DNA from: Elusimicrobiota bacterium
GTDB lineage: Bacteria > Elusimicrobiota > Elusimicrobia > UBA1565
Reading direction: 5' to 3'
NCBI GenBank assembly: GCA_043819795.1
Contig: JBDREN010000132.1
Span: forward strand, 1-11,703
DNA length: 11,703 nucleotides
The notes beneath the pieces are model-generated. The model saw nothing but the letters and a program-made list of their open reading frames with translations, searched no databases and was not told where the DNA came from. Shown here piece by piece: positions 1-11,703 of this stretch (its first letter is position 1; each line of letters opens with the position of its first letter). The position numbers and the translations under genes are program-made.

Positions 1-279
1 GCCGCGGTCGCCGCCGCGCCGGCCGCCGCGGGCGGAGCCGCCGCAGGCGCGCCAGCCACGGAAGAGAAGACCGAGTTCTCCGTCGTGCTCAAGTCCTTCG
101 GCGCGAAGAAGATCCAGGTCATCAAGGTCGTGCGCGAGCTGACGGGCCTCGGCCTCAAGGAGGCCAAGGATCTCGTCGAGGGCGTGCCGAAGCCGGTCAA
201 AGAGGACGTCCCGAAAGCCCAGGCCGAGGAGTGGCAGAAGAAGCTGGTCGAGGCCGGAGCCGCCGTCGAGCTGCAGTGA
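1..279 (+). CDS. rplL: 50S ribosomal protein L7/L12 (bL12), 5'-truncated by the window edge
   Basis: Frame 1 is open from base 1: Ala-rich hinge [20 protein letters not shown], then the C-terminal domain [40 protein letters not shown]...[13 protein letters not shown], stop TGA 277-279. The ORF-track start at 85 is an internal GTG. It lies upstream of rpoB, as is canonical. Confidence 0.98.
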   Translation, partial: AAVAAAPAAAGGAAAGAPATEEKTEFSVVLKSFGAKKIQVIKVVRELTGLGLKEAKDLVEGVPKPVKEDVPKAQAEEWQKKLVEAGAAVELQ

Positions 280-341
280 GACGCGGCGTGCCCGCGCGCT
301 CGGGGCGCGTCGAGGCCGAGGCTGGAAACGTTTGAGCCGGG

Positions 342-378
342 AGGCTTCCGCCCCTGCGGGGGCGCGGAGCCTGTTGCC
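342..378 (+). terminator. Attenuator/terminator-like GC hairpin between rplL and rpoB
   Basis: AGGCTTCCGCCCC (342-354) pairs with GGGGCGCGGAGCCT (359-372) with one bulged C and one G-U pair. The loop is TGCG (UNCG class, C-G closed). Only a weak U-tail follows (TGTTG). The position matches the known rplL-rpoB attenuator of E. coli. Confidence 0.55.
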
Positions 379-397
379 GTGACGTACTGAGCCATGA

Positions 398-434
398 GGA
401 CCCGCCGCCTGGGCGCGGCCTGGACGGCAGGTCC
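398..434 (+). promoter_or_regulatory. Imperfect stem-loop immediately upstream of the rpoB translation initiation region
   Basis: GGACC-C-GCCG (398-407) pairs with CGGC-A-GGTCC (425-434), extended by further G-C/G-U pairs. The purine-rich GAAAGAGAGAG (435-445) and ATG 449 follow directly. Confidence 0.45.
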
Positions 435-448
435 GAAAGAGAGAGTCA

Positions 449-4240
<3,792 letters not shown>

Positions 4241-4242
4241 TC

Positions 4243-4247
4243 GGGAG
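4243..4247 (+). promoter_or_regulatory. Shine-Dalgarno site for rpoC
   Basis: GGGAG 8 nt upstream of ATG 4256. Confidence 0.6.
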
Positions 4248-4255
4248 AGACGCGC

Positions 4256-8437
<4,182 letters not shown>

Positions 8438-8442
8438 TAGAT

Positions 8443-8817
8443 ATGCCGACGATCAATCAGCTGATACGCCATGGGCGGACGCCGTTGAGGACGCGGTCGA
8501 AGTCTCCCGCGCTGAAGGGTTGCCCGCAGCGCCGCGGCGTGTGTACGCGCGTGTACACGACGACTCCGAAGAAGCCGAACTCGGCGCTTCGGAAGGTCGC
8601 CCGCGTGAAGATGACTTCCGGCATGGAGGTGACCGGGTATATCCCGGGCGTGGGGCACAACCTTCAGGAGCACTCTATCGTGATGGTGCGCGGCGGCAAG
8701 GTGAAGGATCTTCCAGGCGTGCGGTATCACCTCATCCGCGGCGTGCTCGATACGGCCGGGGTGGACGGCCGACGTCAGGCCCGCTCGAAGTACGGCGCGA
8801 AGCGACCCAAGAAGTAA
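8443..8817 (+). CDS. rpsL: 30S ribosomal protein S12 (uS12), 124 aa
   Basis: MPTINQLIR..., [56 protein letters not shown]. Confidence 0.99.
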   Translation: MPTINQLIRHGRTPLRTRSKSPALKGCPQRRGVCTRVYTTTPKKPNSALRKVARVKMTSGMEVTGYIPGVGHNLQEHSIVMVRGGKVKDLPGVRYHLIRGVLDTAGVDGRRQARSKYGAKRPKK

Positions 8818-8821
8818 GGAG
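8815..8821 (+). promoter_or_regulatory. Shine-Dalgarno site for rpsG overlapping the rpsL stop codon
   Basis: TAAGGAG 5 nt upstream of ATG 8827. Confidence 0.7.
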
Positions 8822-8826
8822 TATTT

Positions 8827-9306
8827 ATGCCACGGAAAGGACTCAGACCCCGCGACCGTAGAGGCTTCCCGGACCCGGACCCGAGGTACAACTCGGTCAT
8901 GGTGTCGCGTTTCATCAATAAGCTCAATTACAGAGGCGAGAGGCTGTCGGCAGAGAGATGCCTTTATGGGGCTCTGGATGTCATTAGACAGAAGTTGAGT
9001 CAGGAGCCTTTGGACGTTTTCGATAAGGCGATCGAGAACGTGCGGCCGCTTTTAGAGGTGCGGTCCCGCCGCGTCGGGGGAGCCACCTACCAGGTGCCGC
9101 GAGAGGTCCGGCCGGCCCGCTCCTACACGGTCGCCATGGGCTGGATCATCGATGCCGCGCGCTCGCGATCCGGCCGGCCGATGTCGGAGCGGCTGGCCGA
9201 AGAGATGCTCGCCGCGTACAAAAAGGAGGGCACCTCCTTCAAAAAGCGCGAGGACACGCACAAGATGGCCGAGGCGAACCGCGCCTTCGCGCACTATAGG
9301 TGGTGA
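8827..9306 (+). CDS. rpsG: 30S ribosomal protein S7 (uS7), 159 aa
   Basis: MPRK..., [52 protein letters not shown]; canonical position between rpsL and fusA. Confidence 0.98.
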   Translation: MPRKGLRPRDRRGFPDPDPRYNSVMVSRFINKLNYRGERLSAERCLYGALDVIRQKLSQEPLDVFDKAIENVRPLLEVRSRRVGGATYQVPREVRPARSYTVAMGWIIDAARSRSGRPMSERLAEEMLAAYKKEGTSFKKREDTHKMAEANRAFAHYRW

Positions 9307-9307
9307 G

Positions 9308-9316
9308 TGGTATGCT
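9308..9316 (+). promoter_or_regulatory. Candidate extended -10 promoter (TGnTATGCT) for fusA-tuf
   Basis: TG-G-TATGCT starts just after the rpsG stop and keeps the key T-A---T positions plus the TG extension. No convincing -35 is present. The predicted transcription start is near 9322-9324. Confidence 0.35.
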
Positions 9317-9374
9317 GGTCCTGGGCTCTTGCGAGAAATCCCGAAGGGGCTCAAGCAAGAATCCGCTTCTGAAA

Positions 9375-11498
9375 ATGGCAACGCAAGCTCAAGGAAAGAA
9401 GGCTTCGGAAAAGCGCGTCCCGATCGGGGAGGTGCGCAATATCGGCATCATCGCCCACATCGACGCCGGCAAGACCACGACCACGGAGCGCATCCTCTAT
9501 TACGCGGGCCGCGTCCACAGGATCGGCGAGGTGCATGAGGGCGACACGGTCACCGACTGGATGGACCAGGAGCGCGAGCGCGGCATCACGATCACGTCCG
9601 CCGCTACGTACTGCATGTGGGGCCGGCATCAGATCAACATCATCGACACGCCGGGCCACGTGGACTTTACGGCGGAGGTCGAGAGATCGTTGCGCGTGCT
9701 CGACGGCGCGGTGGTGGTCTTTGATGGGGTGCAGGGAGTCGAGCCCCAGTCCGAGACCGTATGGCGCCAGGCCGACAAGTACCGCGTGCCGCGCATCGCC
9801 TATATCAACAAAATGGACCGGGTGGGGGCCGACTTCGATGCGGCGGTCCAGTCGCTCCGAGAGAAGCTCGGCGCGAACGCCGTCCCCATCCAGATGCCGA
9901 TCGGGGCCGAGGATGAGTTCGCGGGGGTCGTGGACCTCATCAGGATGAAAGCCCTGGTCTGGCGGGGCGAGTATCTCGGCGCCGAATGGGACGAGCTGGA
10001 TATCCCGGCTGGCATGCGCAAGCAGGCGGCGGAGCGCCGCGAGAAGCTGCTCGAGGCCGCCTGCGAGATGGACGAGGAGCTGATGCATCAGTACGTCGAG
10101 GGGGGCGTCGATGTCACAGAGGCGCAGATCAAGAAGGCGATCCGGAAGGGAGTGCTCGCCTCCAAGATCTTCCCGGTACTCGCGGCCTCGTCGTACAGGA
10201 ACAAAGGAGTGCAGCCGATGCTCGACGCGGTCTGCGACTTCCTGCCCTGCCCCACCGACCTTCCCCCCGTGACGGGCATCGACCCGCGCACGGGCGAGCA
10301 GGTCGAGCGTCCCGCGGAGGCCGACGCGCCGTTCGCGGCGTTGATGTTTAAGGTGCAGACGGACCCGTACGTCGGGAAGCTGGTCTTCTTCAGGGTCTAC
10401 TCCGGCGGGCTGCGCGCGGGCGACAGCGTCGCCTTCCCGCAGAAGGGCAGGACCGAGAGGATCGGCCGCCTGCTGCGGATGCACGCCGACAAGCGCGAGG
10501 AGGTCTCGGAGGTCTCCGCGGGCGATATCGCCGCCACGGTAGGCGTGAAGAACTCGGGAGTCGGCGTGACGATGTGCGCGGAGGAGGCGCCGGTCATCCT
10601 CGAGCAGATCACTTTCCCCGATCCCGTCATTTCGGTGGCGATCGAGCCTCGTTCGCGTCCCGATGAGGAGAAGATGAGCTCTGCGCTCGCGCGGCTGGCG
10701 GAGGAGGATCAGACGTTCCGGGTCAAGACGGACACGGAGACCGGGCAGACCATCATTTCCGGTATGGGCGAGCTTCACCTCGACATCCTGGTGGACCGCA
10801 TGAGGCGCGAGTTCGGGGTGGCGGCCAACGTCGGGCGGCCGGAGGTCGCCTATAGGGAAACGATCCGCAAGACGGTCGAGCAGGAGGCCAAGTTTATCCG
10901 GCAGACCGGCGGCCGCGGCCAGTACGGCCACGTCTGGCTCCGGGTCGAGCCCGTCGAGAAAGGGAGCGGTTTCCGCTTTGTCGACGGCATCAGGCAGGGG
11001 CGCATCCCCAGGGAGTTCATTCCGGCCGTTGGAAAGGGCGTGCGGGAGGCATTGGAGGGCGGGGTCCTGGCCGGCTACCCGCTCGTGGATTTGAAGGCGA
11101 CGGTGTTCGACGGGTCCTTCCACGAGGTGGACTCCTCGGAGATAGCGTTCAAGATCGCCGGCTCGATGGCGTTGCGCCGTGCCTGCCGCAAGGCCGGCCC
11201 CGTGCTTCTCGAGCCGATCATGAAGATCGAGGTCACGATGCCCGAGAAGTACATGGGCGACGTCATAGGCGATCTCAACGGCCGGCGCGCAAAGATCGCC
11301 GAGATGGGCGACCGGGGGAACGTCAAGTTCGTGCGCGGAAGCGTCCCGCTTTCGACGATGTTCGGCTACGCGACCGCGGTGCGCTCGATGTCTCAGGGGC
11401 GCGCGTCGTTTGTGATGGAGCCGAGCCACTACGAGCAGGCCCCGGCGGCGGTGCAAACGGCTATCGTCGAGAAACGAGGGATGAGCGCGGGGGAGTGA
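9375..11498 (+). CDS. fusA: Elongation factor G; start most likely ATG 9375 (707 aa), with an alternative in-frame ATG at 9312
   Basis: [21 protein letters not shown] (G1), [13 protein letters not shown] (G2), [11 protein letters not shown] (G3), NKMDR (G4), [54 protein letters not shown]. Homology to standard EF-G begins near 9414, so the ORF-track GTG start at 9300 (inside rpsG) is unlikely. Confidence 0.97.
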   Translation: MATQAQGKKASEKRVPIGEVRNIGIIAHIDAGKTTTTERILYYAGRVHRIGEVHEGDTVTDWMDQERERGITITSAATYCMWGRHQINIIDTPGHVDFTAEVERSLRVLDGAVVVFDGVQGVEPQSETVWRQADKYRVPRIAYINKMDRVGADFDAAVQSLREKLGANAVPIQMPIGAEDEFAGVVDLIRMKALVWRGEYLGAEWDELDIPAGMRKQAAERREKLLEAACEMDEELMHQYVEGGVDVTEAQIKKAIRKGVLASKIFPVLAASSYRNKGVQPMLDAVCDFLPCPTDLPPVTGIDPRTGEQVERPAEADAPFAALMFKVQTDPYVGKLVFFRVYSGGLRAGDSVAFPQKGRTERIGRLLRMHADKREEVSEVSAGDIAATVGVKNSGVGVTMCAEEAPVILEQITFPDPVISVAIEPRSRPDEEKMSSALARLAEEDQTFRVKTDTETGQTIISGMGELHLDILVDRMRREFGVAANVGRPEVAYRETIRKTVEQEAKFIRQTGGRGQYGHVWLRVEPVEKGSGFRFVDGIRQGRIPREFIPAVGKGVREALEGGVLAGYPLVDLKATVFDGSFHEVDSSEIAFKIAGSMALRRACRKAGPVLLEPIMKIEVTMPEKYMGDVIGDLNGRRAKIAEMGDRGNVKFVRGSVPLSTMFGYATAVRSMSQGRASFVMEPSHYEQAPAAVQTAIVEKRGMSAGE
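11489..11498 (+). promoter_or_regulatory. Shine-Dalgarno site for tuf overlapping the fusA stop
   Basis: GGGGGAGTGA followed by a 7-nt AT-only spacer (TATAATA) and ATG 11506. Confidence 0.6.
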
Positions 11499-11505
11499 TA
11501 TAATA

Positions 11506-11703
11506 ATGGCCAAGGAGAAGTTCGAGCGGAAGAAACCCCACGTGAACATCGGGACGATCGGGCACGTGGACCATGGGAAGACGACTTTGACCGCCGCGAT
11601 CACTCACGTGCTGGCGAAGAAGGGGCTGGCGCAGGCGAAGAAGTTCGAGGAGATCGACAACGCTCCCGAGGAGCAGGCGCGCGGGGTGACGATCAACGTG
11701 CAC
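11506..11703 (+). CDS. tuf: Elongation factor Tu, 3'-truncated by the window edge (absent from the ORF track)
   Basis: Manual translation: [66 protein letters not shown]. This has the GHVDHGKT P-loop and switch I, directly after fusA. Confidence 0.98.
   Translation, partial: MAKEKFERKKPHVNIGTIGHVDHGKTTLTAAITHVLAKKGLAQAKKFEEIDNAPEEQARGVTINVH

Noticed and set aside
8815..8829. rpsL and rpsG in the same frame with a stop-free 9-nt spacer (possible readthrough fusion)
   Set aside because: The spacing is fully explained by the TAAGGAG SD overlapping the stop. TAA is efficient and shared frame is a one-in-three chance.
9300..9311. ORF-track GTG start for fusA at 9300
   Set aside because: It lies inside the rpsG coding end, has no SD, and is simply the most upstream possible start codon.
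9351..11603. 750-aa minus-strand ORF opposite fusA/tuf
   Set aside because: It is in register with the fusA codons and has the same shadow explanation, with no domain signature.

Overview
This high-GC window (roughly 65%) is the conserved bacterial core transcription/translation cluster, with all genes on the + strand: 3' part of rplL (L7/L12), a structured 169-nt intergenic leader, rpoB, rpoC, rpsL, rpsG, fusA and the 5' part of tuf. All complete genes are intact, with no frameshifts, inteins, introns, mobile elements, CRISPR arrays or accessory ORFs. The many long minus-strand ORFs are antisense shadows. I did not find a new biological system here. The points worth a second look are small-scale: three hairpins between rplL and rpoB (one attenuator-like, with a C(UGCG)G loop); rpoB and rpoC in frame and separated by one TAA; rpsL only 5 nt after rpoC; a candidate extended -10 promoter and ambiguous start before fusA; a low-GC patch in rpsG coinciding with loss of conserved basic residues; and non-consensus residues in S12, S7, EF-Tu and beta'. 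The protein termini resemble Elusimicrobiota sequences as I recall them, but that assignment is inference and unverified.
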